Shown one piece after another: positions 1-13,422 of a DNA stretch of 64,000 nucleotides. This DNA is from Chrysomallon squamiferum (taxonomy: Eukaryota; Animalia; Mollusca). The notes below the pieces were generated by a model, which worked only from the letters and a program-made list of their open reading frames with translations, was not told the origin of the DNA and did not search any database. The position numbers were made by a program, and so were the translations under genes. Numbering within the stretch: position 1 is the first letter of the stretch; each line of letters starts with the position of its first letter. The DNA is taken from assembly GCA_012295275.1 (NCBI GenBank), contig CM022672.1, forward strand, positions 32,860,001 to 32,924,000, given 5' to 3'.

Positions 1-279
1 TATTTATTTATTTATTTATTTATTTATTTATTTGTTTATTTATTTTTTTTTTTTTTTTTTTTTTTTTGTAGTTCTGTCTTTCTTTCTTTTTTACATTCTT
101 TCTCTCTCTCATGTTTCTATTTGTCTATAGTCAGACTGAACGAGTATTAATGTTACACAGCATATTATTATGAAATAAATTAGTCAATAATAATAATCCC
201 TCAAAAAAGGGATAAACTTTCGATAAGAAAATATTTTATTTTCATTGATAATTGTTGTTGATGGAATAGGAAACATACA

Positions 280-311
<32 letters not shown>

Positions 312-1319
312 CACACACACGTACGTACGTACATACATAGAATATTCGAAATCCTAAACTACATACTTGCGAATGCCCAGTTTCCCACAAAAAATAGATT
401 CACGCAGAAATGACGAATATTGTCTATGTGCAGAGTTTAATCAGACGTACACAAAACAGAGAATATTCAAAATGCTAAACTACATACAAAGATGAATCTA
501 ACAGACCGTACATAAACTTTTAGAGCTGTCACAGAAGAAACCCACAGGACATAATAAAAGTGGTGACGCAGATCTCGTTGCTGATTTCGAAAGCTTCTCA
601 TAAAAGTTGAAGCTTCAGGGCGCCAAAGATTTAGTTCTGCCGATCAGATACCTATAAACGTGATAAAAAGATTCTTTTCGAATAAATAAAGGGAGAGAAC
701 TCTACTGGTCCTGTCAAAGAGTTATCTGGTTTAGTTTAGACACTGCAGACGATCGTCGACTGGCGACCTTTCGAATTTACGTCTGCCCGGGTTAAAAAGC
801 TACGTTAACATTTCCACTGGTGCAAGATGTTTCTCGTCCTTTTTTGCGAGATTAAAAATTAAAAATTAAAAAAAGAAGAAGTAAAAGAAAAACTGAGACT
901 GAACATCTCTACCAGCTGGACAAGTCTGTGAACTAACTGGTCAATTTCCGTGCATCAGTGATCAAATAATAATTTAGCAGTAAGAAAGTTAACGGTAATA
1001 ATAGTAATTTGCACTGACATCGTTTATTTTTAACTATCATACATACAGAATATTTAAATAAAAGATTAAATACTTCTAACAGCTCTGTTTATACTTCATG
1101 TTAATAATCCGATAGCTGTGACAGTTATTCCACCATGAAAGGTTTAAGCTCGTATTTCTTTGTAAGAATTTGTAGTCCTGTTCAAGATGTATACAGAGAA
1201 ATGAGGTGTATGTACATTCGTCATTTATTTCCTGCAGCCTGAATTCAAAACATAATGATCAGATAAACTACCACAGTCTTAAAATACCTGTATTTTTTTT
1301 TTTTTTTTATTTACTACTT

Positions 1320-1373
<54 letters not shown>

Positions 1374-1469
1374 TTATTACTCTTATACGTACATACATAC
1401 ATACATATACATATATATTTTTTTTTCTTATTTGTATTTATTTATATCTTTGTTTTTATTATTATTATC

Positions 1470-1513
<44 letters not shown>

Positions 1514-1538
1514 GTCAGTGTTACTACTACAGCTAAGT

Positions 1539-1826
1539 CATAGGTTTATAACCTGGGGGTCGTGAACCCCAGACGGGTCGCGAATCTTTTTTCTGGGGGT
1601 CGAGATCGTTTTTCAACTTGATGGTTTAGATTGGGAGAAATAAACAAAAACAACATGTAGATAGGTTTGGGACCCGTCACAGTGAATATAGATTCCTTTT
1701 GTACTGTCTTTGGTTGATGAAAATATGGTAACCCTAGATATTATTGATAAATGTTTTTAAAGGGGTCATCTGTCGTATTGAATTGTTCATAAGGGGTCGC
1801 GGTATGAAAAAGTCCGAAAACCAGTG
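1539..1826. mobile_element. hAT-type MITE (~290 bp), copy 1
   Basis: Imperfect TIRs cataggtttataacct ... tccgaaaaccagtg and subterminal GGGGTCGCG motifs. Flanked by an 8-bp TSD agctaagt (1531-1538) / agctaaat (1827-1834). Reverse complement of the copies at 19075 and 51208. Confidence 0.85.
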
Positions 1827-2110
1827 AGCTAAATGGTAAGTACTATAGTTTACCTTTTATTTATTTTTTATTTATTTTTTTTTTTATTATTATTATTATT
1901 ATTTTTTTTTTTTTTTTTTTTTTTGTTCATTATAACACAGAGACAAACACCTGAATGTAGGTCTCTTAAATCTTATTTCTAAGTCCAGTTACTCAAAGTA
2001 CAGGTGAATCTTTGCAATAGCGAATACATTAAAAAATATATATAGACTATGTTTGCACTTCAAAATAAACTGTTACTATCGGCTACGAACTTTGCTTTTG
2101 CTTCGTGACC

Positions 2111-2144
<34 letters not shown>

Positions 2145-2821
2145 GTAAATTCATACCACGATATATTCTTGAACCAACGTTTATTTACAAAAACTGAGTT
2201 ATTATTTTACCTGTGCGTGACAAAAGGAATGACGCACCCTTTTCGAGTAACAAGTTGATTATTAAGAGCTTTACGGTAGTCGTTTGTCGCAGAATTGATT
2301 GAGGACAAACTCGTGTAAAATTTCGACAATGAGACTGATGTGTCAGCAGCGTGACGTCACAACGAACTTGCACAACCAGCTTGCAACACACAGAAAACTA
2401 AACGATCGTTCAACCAGCTGGGTGTCGTGCCTGAACAAGATTTTTTTTCACGAATTTTGAATAAACATTATCCCAAAAATGAAAACACAAATAACTTTAA
2501 ATAAATAAATAACAACAATAAGAAATGAAGATAATAATAATACAAAAGCAGTTATTTATGTATTTCATTTTGTTATAATCAATTAACTGTTTCAAAACTG
2601 TAACATGCGGACGATTGCTGGATCAAAGCTTTTCAGTGGCTCATCAGGTAATTTTCACATAACTGATGTTTGAAATCTTTTACATTTTTGTGAATTTAAT
2701 AGAACTTGTTGCTAACACAAGGAATACAGGCAATTTGTGAATTTTACCTATATTATTATTAATCACAATATGTGTGTGTTCGTGTGTGTGCGTGTGTTTG
2801 TGTGTGTATGTTTTGTGTGTG

Positions 2822-2885
<64 letters not shown>

Positions 2886-3407
2886 AACATGACAAAATAC
2901 TGACATAATATTCCTTTATATGTGATTTTATATTATTGTTGTTCTTGTTTTTCTCTCTCTTTTTTTATCGCTAGATAAAAATCGAGTACTAGTTCAAAAG
3001 GTTAACGTAATCTGTTAATATTCTGTTAATACTGTATAACGATCTCGAAACAGCTAGTTATAACAAATATTTAAAAAGGTTAACGTAATCTGTTAATATT
3101 CTGTTAATACTGTACAATAATAACAAGATATGTGGTAACGTACAGACATATAAATATAAAAATGAATGAATTTATTAATCAGAAAATGTGACATCATGTA
3201 ATTAGGTGGGAAAAAGATATTTCGGTTGTATGTAAATATACTTCATTTGGAAGCATAAGCTGGAATAACAGAAACTTATTTATCATATTTATTTATTTAT
3301 TTTTGGTTTGAAATCAGAATAATATAAAGACATGTGAATACTGTAATGTTCGGTGACTAATGTTTACAGTTACACCTATTACTCATAATACATGATAAAT
3401 ATACCAG

Positions 3408-3560
3408 TTACGTCACAGCGTGTAACGCTATCTCGTTGTGCTAGCTACCCGTTCCAAAAACAAATAGTGACGTCACTTATACCTTTCTGTTCTTTCATTT
3501 CCATTCAGTCAGACAGTGACGTCATTGTTTTCTATAGTAACAGTCTCTAATTACTTATTC

Positions 3561-3592
<32 letters not shown>

Positions 3593-3600
3593 CGTGACGT
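3408..3600. promoter_or_regulatory. Cluster of CRE/ATF-like sites
   Basis: TTACGTCA 3408-3415, TGACGTCA 3468-3475, TGACGTCA 3517-3524, TGACGT 3595-3600. Function not demonstrable from sequence. Confidence 0.3.
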
Positions 3601-4577
3601 TGTTCTGTATTTGTTACAGAATCCTGATTTTTTTTTTTATTATTATTGAACCGCTATTTCAAATGACTGTGTAGCTCATTTTATTTCTCAAACGACAGTT
3701 AGCCATTACTCTGGATGAAGATTCCAATATTATCAACAAAAGTGGAAAAAAGAAAAGACAATATGGAGAGCATTCAATTAAATCAGATGTGAATCTTTGA
3801 AAATTAATGTGAGATTTCGGATACCAATGAAAACAGTAAATAATGAACAAAGATTTTAATCAAAAGAAGATTTTGGCAAAGCTAAGGATATTTATTATGT
3901 ATTAAATTTAGATTGTGGCATGAGTGTTGGATGTACAAAATAGATAAAAATGGTTGTTTTATTATTTTTCTTTAAGATGTTTTAAGAATTGTTTGATACC
4001 TAAAGATAATATTAGAAGAAATAATTGTTTTCACATAAACTTAACCTGAACCAATACAAATAGTTTACTTCAACTGTTTTTATTGAAATATGCCTGGAAA
4101 TGAAGTTGTGATTAATTAATACTGAATCTCGGCTATATTTGGTCATATATGATTTAGTCGGAGTTGCCACCATAAATATGTGTGTATGTGTCTCTGTGTG
4201 TGTCTATGTGTATGTGTGTGTCTGTGTGTGTCTCTCTGTGTGTGTGTGTGTAAATATTGTTTCAGTTGAGATAAAATTTTTGTTATTTAACACTAGCAAA
4301 CAACAAATATCAATTTCTGTTTTAGAATTAAAGAAAACATTAATGTAAGAGGTGCATAGCTAGGAGTATTATTCATATTTTCGAAATTATGATCTAGTGG
4401 ACAGTCATGATATTGGAATATAGTCTTCAAACACTTATAAATAGTAATTGTCAAAGCACGCAATTTCATATTTGCTATTATTTCCAAATTTCCAGCATCA
4501 CAGACTTCAGCCAACTGGTAAACATACACTGCTTGATCATTTTCATATTTGATATCAAAAACAACAGTGATATCCAG

Positions 4578-4777
4578 NNNNNNNNNNNNNNNNNNNNNNN
4601 NNNNNNNNNNNNNNNNNNNNNNNNNNNNNNNNNNNNNNNNNNNNNNNNNNNNNNNNNNNNNNNNNNNNNNNNNNNNNNNNNNNNNNNNNNNNNNNNNNNN
4701 NNNNNNNNNNNNNNNNNNNNNNNNNNNNNNNNNNNNNNNNNNNNNNNNNNNNNNNNNNNNNNNNNNNNNNNNNNNNN
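4578..4777. other. Assembly gap (200 N)
   Basis: Run of exactly 200 n; it truncates BTB gene copy 1. Confidence 0.99.
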
Positions 4778-5428
4778 TCACGTGTTCTACAAAATACGTC
4801 TGATCGAGTAATGGATAACGCACGTGCTTCACGGCCTCTCCCAGTGCTTCGCGCATGTTCTGTCCATTCGTCTGTCTTCCTTGCTTCTTACACGCGCTGT
4901 CAGCCCACTTCACAGCGGCTTCGAAAACATTTTTCTCGTCTGCTGTCAGTTCGTCTGATCGTACGATCTCAACCAGACATTCGTGACAAAGATCGGTGAC
5001 TTCATCCGACTTCAGAACTTCGTCGCCATTTTCCAAAATGAAGTCCAGAGTTTTTTTTCTTAGATCATGTTCATCAAACAGGTGAGCTTGTTCCAGCACG
5101 ACGCACGCATTCTGTGACGACAACGACGACTCCAAATAGCGCACGCACTGATCTTCCAGTGTCGTGACGATGTACTTCCTCGATAGATACAGCAGACCGG
5201 TGACGTTGTGGCCTGTTAGGACGACGTCATCCGTATAAAGATATCTGTGTAAAAGAATGTATAGTAAGACTTCAAAACGAGAGATAATTATGGGAGATTA
5301 ATTAATTAGAAAATAATTAGATTACTAACAAAAACTGTATTGTTATCAACGTTCGTGTCGGTATGTATGTTTCGTTACTCACTATGTTCGTACCTGTGTC
5401 GCTGTGTGTTTCTGTGTTTCTGTGTGTG

Positions 5429-5470
<42 letters not shown>

Positions 5471-5733
5471 AACATACTTTAAAAACTCTGTGAAAATATC
5501 TGCCTGCACATCAGGCAACTGGATGGTGTTTTGTTCGCGAAGTTCTCCCATCAGCATCCTGTGGAAGACTTCGCTTCGTATCATAAGGATGAAGCGATGT
5601 GCATCCACAGTTTTTTTTCTTCCCCAACAACAAATCTGACGTCGCTGTCTGTTCTCGTACGAAAAACGTGTTCAATACACTCCGTCAGTTTTTTCCCAGT
5701 CTGCCAACTTGAAACTTCTGCTGAGGTGGCCAT
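4778..5733 (-). CDS. BTB/POZ-BACK(-PHR) protein, BTBD1/2/3/6 family, copy 1 (partial; one-base frameshift, possible pseudogene)
   Basis: Exon 5733-5478 reads MATSAEVSSWQTGKKLTECIEHVFRTRTDSDVRFVVGE..AHRFILMIRSEVFHRML..LPDVQADIFTEFLK. GT-AG intron follows. Exon 5244-4778 reads YLYTDD..CVVLEQAHLFDE..VFEAAVKWA..VRYPLL and runs into the gap. Exon 1 is 256 nt versus 257 in the paralog because one base is missing in the T8 run at 5611-5618. Confidence 0.85.
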
Positions 5734-5749
5734 ATTTTCACTATAAACA

Positions 5750-5789
<40 letters not shown>

Positions 5790-5877
5790 TGGAATGGGGA
5801 GAGAAAAAGAAAAAGAAATTGTTCGGACACAGACTGTAACAGTTGTTAGGGCTAATGAAAAAAGAATTAATTAATTA

Positions 5878-5920
<43 letters not shown>

Positions 5921-5997
5921 TGGAATGGATAATAGAAAAAGAAATTGATCGGATAATAATAATAATTCTAATAATAATAACAATAAAATAATAAAAT

Positions 5998-6052
<55 letters not shown>

Positions 6053-6129
6053 TGGAATGGATGATGAATGAAATGATGATGTTGGGATAAGAATAATATA
6101 ACAATAACTTAATAATAATAATAATAAAA

Positions 6130-6176
<47 letters not shown>

Positions 6177-6183
6177 TAATAAC

Positions 6184-6216
<33 letters not shown>

Positions 6217-6309
6217 TAATAACCTCATACTAAATATAATTTTAACATGTTTCTGTGTCCAGGTCAGAGTTCTGTTGCAGCGCCTCGCACTGCAGTGACC
6301 AGGTTTCTA

Positions 6310-6317
6310 TATTTATA
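6310..6317 (-). promoter_or_regulatory. Candidate TATA box of BTB copy 1
   Basis: TATAAATA on - strand at the position homologous to 47111-47118 in copy 2. Followed by a short putative 5'UTR exon and an intron ending just before the ATG. Confidence 0.45.
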
Positions 6318-6929
6318 TCTAGCTATGACCTGTACACGGAAATCTTTCAAACAAACATTTTTATGTAAAGAAATAATTAACCTAAGATAATTTCGAACAA
6401 GGGACTACTTTCTGTTCAGCGCCTGTATCAGAGATTAAAAATAAACAAATAAAAAAAAAAATCTAAAAAATAAAAAATAAATAAATATAGATAGTCGATC
6501 AAAGATAGAAAGAAAAAAATTAGATAAATATGATTACCATGAATCGACAACAAAAGATTAAAAAAAGTACATTATATCAGACATGTCTGGACACAGTCAG
6601 GTGATTATTTCACTGCGGCACAAACGATATTCGACAACAACAAATACACCAAATCTAAAAAGAAACACTATATAAGAAAAGAGAATAATAAGTAAGAAAA
6701 ATAAAGGAACAAGATGTGATGTTTTTTAAATAGAAAACAATACAAAATACCTTTAATTTCAACTTCCTGATCGACAATTTCTTATAAGCGACTATTTTCT
6801 CTCTATCGACTCAACTGTAGATCACAGATATAACCGATCTAAGAATAAATGAAATAAAATAAAAAATAAAATAAAATAAAATATATAGCAAAAGACGTCA
6901 ATAAAAAAAATAATAATAATAAGGGCAAC

Positions 6930-6963
<34 letters not shown>

Positions 6964-7408
6964 ATATCATACTAAAGACTTTAGAAAAGTCATGTTATAC
7001 GTAATCTTTCATTTAAGTTTAAAAAAAACTCACACTTAAATAATCTATTTGTTAAAGAACTAACTCTGATATATTTAGTAATAAATTAAGAACACCGGAA
7101 TCGTTCAAACATAATAAAATATAAAATATCATAAACTTTCAATATGGCTGACTAGTTTCACTTCTGCTTTGTAAACTTTTAGTTATCAAACCCTCCACTG
7201 ATAAACACGCGACTGACGTCAAATATCTTATACGTCACAAAGTGTCATTTTGTTAGGTTTCAGTCTCAGATTAAAATAAACAAATCGTTTTACGAGATAT
7301 TTGTATACTCATCTTACATACATCTTCTTTACAACAGATAACTTTAATTCTAATTCAGTAGATTAAGTACTACTAGACTGCATTGTTTATACGTCAGTTA
7401 TAAAGGTA

Positions 7409-7461
<53 letters not shown>

Positions 7462-7822
7462 CAACAATAACAACAACAACAACAACAACAGCAGCAACAA
7501 CATCAACAGCAACAATAATAAGAAATATGTACATGTTTTATTTCTCTGACGAAACTTGCATAACCAGTATGTGAATATAATCTAACACTGATTGTTTGCT
7601 TGTTATGTAGGTCATGTTAAAATATCGTGTTACTGGTACACGAGACACACAAAGGTATACTAGGGTGTTATTTACAGCGATCTGACAAATTCATTGTTAA
7701 TACACTATCTGTCCATAAGTGTAGAAATAACCCGTGAAAATAAGAAATTATTTACATTTGTCAGCATTGTGAGAAGATAAACAATTTCAATAAAGACGAT
7801 AAAGACAACCAACAAACTCGTA

Positions 7823-7867
<45 letters not shown>

Positions 7868-8083
7868 TAATAATAATAATAAAATAAAAAATAATAATAA
7901 AAAGTAATAAAAATTATATGAGATAATATTATCACATCCTCTAGTTACACCTTCCATACACCAGATGGTAAGAAACATTTTATAGTCGGGTCTAGCACAT
8001 ATTTTTTCATGTTTAAAAAGCCTCACGCTATAACGCTGTTTGTTACATGTATATCCATAGCAGCAATAATGTTTATTCTTTTT

Positions 8084-8122
<39 letters not shown>

Positions 8123-8275
8123 CCATTGTAGATGAAAACATTTTATATATTGGTTAGCATCGGTGATAGACCAAAATGAATGTTAGATAAACAAGGAAGG
8201 AACGAATGAAGAAAGGAAGAAAGAAAGACTGAACGAAACACATGCAAAGAAATAAATAAGAAATATATAATAATA

Positions 8276-8335
<60 letters not shown>

Positions 8336-8669
8336 AATAAATAAATAAAATAAGAACAATATAAAATACTTTGTAGTTTTAAAGTACATACATACCTGAA
8401 AAACTTCCTGATCGATAATTTCTTAGAAACGAGTAATTTCCGTTTAACAACTCTGCTATTGATCACTGAGATCAGGGATGTATAGATAAATCTATAAATA
8501 AATAAATAAATAAATAAATAAAAAATGTAATAAAGTAATATAAAGTAATCGATCGATAAATATATAGCATAAGTAATAGATGAATCATTGAACTATATTT
8601 AGGTGATACTATTATTATTACTACTACTATTATTAATGGAATAATAATAATTATTATAAAGACGATCGA

Positions 8670-8710
<41 letters not shown>

Positions 8711-9849
8711 ATATTTTATCGATATTTCTTATAAATCTGTATGCTAGGTACGAAAAAAAAGCCTTTAACAAAATTCACACAAAAAATGTATAGCCTTCAC
8801 AAAATAGATAACAATTTCTATATGTCTGATTTGTTTTAAGGAAAGCAATAGTACAGCATATATTAAATGACAATAAAATACAAAATACCTTCAAATTTCA
8901 AAATGGCCGACTACTTCTGAATAATGCTTCTTGTTTGTGAGTGGTTTTCCTAGAACTGACACCTTTCTGTTTGACAAGTCCCTGTTATTTTCTGTGACAG
9001 AAATTAGATTTACTAAGTCAAGTCTATTTACATACAAATGTTTTATTATATACAATTTGTGTTAACCTGTTAAATAAATTTTAAAAAAAAAAGAAAAAAA
9101 AAAAAAAAAAAAAAAAAAATATATTTTGCCATTACTTATTTTGTCTGTAAGATATTTATATTTATTTCACACACAGTATATTGATGAAAAGTTATCGTTA
9201 ACAAGTGTCTGTTATGTAGGTCAGATCAAAATAGCGTGTCAGTTGTATTGGCGACAAGAAACGTTATACTATGATCGTGAAAAATGCAATGTAATGGTGA
9301 ATCAGAATACATGGGACACTCCTTTATTTGTATGTGTTATGAGTCAGAGCGATCTAAACACAGGTGTGACAAATACTACCTTTATTATATTTAGTATAAC
9401 AAAAATAGCTTTGTTCAAATACTAACACTTATACTCATCATTGTGGTAATATTGTTTGTTTATTTATTTATTTATTTGTTTATTTATTTACTTGTTTCAC
9501 TTTTTAATTTATATGTTGGTATTTTTATTTATTTATTTAATTTTCTTTCTATTTTTCTTTTCTTTTATTTGACTACAAATGATACATTATTATATATAAT
9601 ACAGCTAAAACAAACTAATAAAAAAGTAATTGTAAATTAATGTGTTAAAATACAGAAGTCTCCACAACATTAGTAAAAACCACAATAATAATAATAATGA
9701 TGATGATGATGATAATAATAATAAGAAGAAGAAGAAGAAGAAGAATTAACATGTTTTAGAGGTATTTGTTCATATAAATAAATTAACATGTTTTAGGCAT
9801 AAAAAATATTTGATCACATAAATAAAAGTATATATTATTGTAAGAAACA

Positions 9850-11410
9850 TACAAAAACAAACTAGAAAATAGATCATAACGAGAACGCGTATTACATTTT
9901 CACTAAACATATTACAAAATTCACATTTAACTGAATCTTTTTATACGATATAATACCAAATGTTTGTTATTAAGACAAATAATGAATTCTTGTACTGAAA
10001 GTATCTAAGCTCGGTGTTTGTACTTAGCTTCCCACCATTTGTCACAGAACTCTGTACCAAATTTATGCTTTTGTCTTTTCTATTTTTTTCTTTTCTTTTT
10101 TTATTAATAGATAGCAACAAGACACTATAAATATAAAATTGTGGTCTTAAGTTATATTTTCTATTCTACAAAATGGAATGCATTAAATACAGTTGTCGTT
10201 AGCAAAAAGAGCTTTTAAAAACAAAATTCCTTTCTTTGCCACTGTCTTATAATAAGCTCATTTATTATCAGTTTTAATGCGAACATTATATTATATCTGT
10301 TGACGTAGTATTTTTATCTTGTCCCTTATGCTTTCACATTTCTCTAGAAAGTTTGACCATATGTGTAAAACATTTTTCCAAAAGGAATTCGTGCGTTTCA
10401 ACAATTTTGCTTCACTGTAGGCTCACCCTAAAACTAATGTCAGTGAAGCTTTTGATTATAAACAGTTACTCAAAAGAGAGGCAATGTCTTGGCTAAAATT
10501 TATGTCTTTAATCCACCATATCTTTAACGCATTAAAAAGTAACTTAACAATTATTGCTCTTAAACAACCATTTTGATAATAGTCAAATAATGGGGCAGCG
10601 GGTGTTTTTTTTTTTCTAGCTATTTTATCGTGATTTTTTATTCCAAATAAACTGAAAGAAATAGGTTTCTAATATTTCAAAGAAATAGTTTGTTAGATTT
10701 GGCAGTGAAGAAAAAAAAAAACAATTTTCGATAAAACTAAACTTTTGATTGCAGTCATTTTTCTTAGAGGAGACTACGAACATTTTGACCATTGTTCAAG
10801 CAGCCTTTTAACATCGTTCAACTTTGGATTAAAGTTTAATTCTTGTATTTGATACAGATCCGTGGAAAATCGTACCCTCAAGTATTGTGAATTCTGCAGT
10901 CCATTTTAATTTTTGTTTTGATTAATTTGGTCTTTCCCTAAGTTTATTATATTTGTTTTGATAAGCATTAACTTAAAGACCAGATATATCAGTAAAATAT
11001 TTTAATGTTTCCACAGATGTTCACAGAGTTTTATCACACCAACCTAATAGCAATGTTGTGTCGTCGGCGAACTGTGAAATTTCAAAATTTATTGCCGTTT
11101 ATCTCAATCCCGTATGTTTTTTTTTATTATTTCTTACCAAGATTCCAAGAATCTCAACACAAAATGAAAACGCAGTGAAATAACTTATCACCTTGTCTAT
11201 ATCCTGGGTCATATTTTAAGCGTTTAACAATCTTACAATTTACATATGAACACGATTCCTGTTTATTACAAAAGGTCGATATCCATGTTTGATTTGAAAC
11301 TCCGAAGTTAATATAATAGTTGTTGTTGTTTTTGTATTTTTTTTTCTGCTTCCACGATGTTGTATCGAAAATTGTCTTATTCGAAATCTACAATTAATTA
11401 AGAATAAATT
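9850..11410 (-). mobile_element. Degenerate L1/Tx1-clade non-LTR retrotransposon, ORF2 RT and C-terminal fragment
   Basis: Minus-strand translation across stops and frameshifts gives ordered motifs: LIVDFE..FDTTSW, WISTF, GYRQGD, EILGILVRNN, EISQFADDTTLLL (RT catalytic, ~11050-11085), LNFNPKLNDVKRLLEQW, IKSLVLSK, SLPN..FIWN, ALKIWWIK, NSFWKNVLHIW, ELRYFQYK..CEFC zinc knuckle. Confidence 0.88.
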
Positions 11411-11814
11411 CGAAACACTAAGGGGAAATAACTCAAGCTTTCCCTTTATGCAAGTGGTAAAGGAATTATCTCCCACTGTATCAGTAAATACTTTTGTTGT
11501 CTGCTAAATGTAGACTGTGAAACACGACGTGTTTGTTACTGGACATTTACTGTGAATGGTGATCATTAAATAACAGAAGTATTATTTGGTCTATGTTAAT
11601 AAACTGTTGAAAGAGAATAAACAGTATGTAATATACACCGATATGTTATATTGCTCTTGCACTTCATACTTATGAAAGGTTGGTTTATAAAACACTAATA
11701 ACAAACTCAGATCGAAGGCGGAGATCTGGCTACTCAGAGCTCACGAATCAACGTTCATATGTAGCCTCGCAATTGTATGCGTTGTTGTCTGTGTCTGTCT
11801 CTCTGTCTGTGTGT

Positions 11815-11931
11815 GTAATTTAGGATTGAGTAGTTTAGGATTGAGTAATTTAGGACTGAGTAATTTAGGATCGAACCCTTGGTACTCACTCACTCCGAAG
11901 GCGGATGATGTTACCGTTCGGCCATGAAGAC
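11815..11931 (-). mobile_element. tRNA-derived SINE head followed by a 15-bp tandem repeat
   Basis: Pol III A box TGGCCGAACGG (11924-11914), stem-loop tccg-cctt-cgga, B box GGTTCGATCC (11877-11868). Then about 4 x taatttaggattgag. No acceptor stem, so not an intact tRNA. Confidence 0.6.
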
Positions 11932-12702
11932 AATCTTGAAAAGGTTGCCCAATAACCGAGGTAATCACCGCTTCCCACAAAGCACGCCGTATTTTGCCTT
12001 TCGTATTTTCTGTATGTATCTACGTTTTCCTGGAAACATGGCAATGACAAGTGTGTATTTAAGGTTGAATATTTCATTTCTATATGTGTCGTCTGCATAA
12101 TAATTAAGCAGAGTTAGAACCAGAAGGTCTTAAGTGGATATATCCGAGTGTCTGAGTATCTCTGTCTGTCTGTCTCCTTCTCTGAATATATTTCTCTCTA
12201 TTTCTGTCTCTCTCTCCCTCTCTGTCCCACCTCTCTCTTTCTGTTTCTCTCTCTGTCTCTCTCTCGGACTTTTATATTTATGTATTTATTTTATATTTAT
12301 TTATTTAAAAGTAGCAAGTTATTTATGTATAACAATATAAAAAATTAGGACATGATAACAGATATGTTTGTTAATATATATTCCATTGTTATAAATAGGT
12401 TTAGTATTACGGTTAGAGTTAGGGTTAAGATCAGGGCTGGTATAAAATTTATCTTAATATCAGTTATCTTTCAAGTTTTTCTATGTTTATATTTATATAT
12501 TAAATTGCTTATTGTGTTGGATTATAAATTGACAGTTTCTGTTAGCTGTCACGCTGGCTGGTTTTAACCTGTGTTTGTTTATTCATGCTGGTTTGTTGTT
12601 TAATGAGTGTTTTATTTATTTTATTTCTGATACTAAACTTTGCCCTATGACAGTAATATAATTATCCTGATTCTTCCATGGCTGAATCCGACTTTAATTG
12701 GT

Positions 12703-12752
<50 letters not shown>

Positions 12753-13247
12753 ATAAATAAGTGAGGAAAAAAGTAAGTAAGTAAATAAATAATAACTTTT
12801 TTATTGGCTTTTTTCTTATGTATAATGTCAAAATATGTTTGTAAAATAATAAATAATTCAAACTTAACTCTTGTTGAAATGTTGTTGATCAAGCTGATAC
12901 ATTATACTTAATAAATGACTGAATTTGAATTTACTAATCACTGTCATATTGCCTCTAAAAGCTTCCATGTGTTGATAATGACCATATTAGGCACTGGTAC
13001 CGCTATTATCACTCATAGTGATGTCCTAGATGATTTTTCTTTTTAATAATAAAATACATTTTTAATAAAACACATTGCGCGCGTGTTTGTGTGTGATACT
13101 GTGTGAACAAAAAAAAAAAAAAAAAAACGAAAAGAAAAGACAGCAAAAGGAATATAATATTTGTAAATTCGCATCGTGATTAAGATACTGAAAATATGTT
13201 ATTGTAAATAAAACAGACAGTATATTAATTAATTTCACATGAAACAA

Positions 13248-13348
<101 letters not shown>

Positions 13349-13356
13349 AACAACAT

Positions 13357-13388
<32 letters not shown>

Positions 13389-13422
13389 CACTGTTTGTTG
13401 TTCTGATAATTTTATTTTTTCT

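Larger units (their letters stand above)
4778..9700 (-). repeat. Inverted segmental duplication, arm 1 (paralogous to ~43620-48358)
   Basis: Collinear reverse-complement similarity through the BTB gene and about 4 kb of upstream flank. For example 9170-9420 matches 43830-44100 and 7640-8060 matches 45270-45630. Confidence 0.9.

Noticed and set aside
1206-1514. Poly-L/Y/I/ER/SL ORFs here and throughout the window
   Set aside because: Translations of (TAT)n, (TAC)n, (AG)n and (AC)n microsatellites with no domain signal.
4293-5144. 283-aa ORF as one protein
   Set aside because: It is stitched across a 200-N gap. Only the part right of the gap is BTB-BACK; the left part is unrelated.
9126-9425. 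Conserved ORF shared with 43787-44095
   Set aside because: Similarity is explained by the segmental duplication. Starts and indels differ and there is no recognisable motif or splice structure.
11868-11931. Functional tRNA gene
   Set aside because: A and B boxes are present but there is no acceptor stem or complete cloverleaf, and it is followed by a tandem repeat.
11886-12098. Coding exon ENVDTYRKY..WATFSRLSSWPNGNIIRLR as a continuation of gene B
   Set aside because: Gene B terminates at 13423 with a polyA signal, and the 3' part of this ORF is a SINE A/B-box head.
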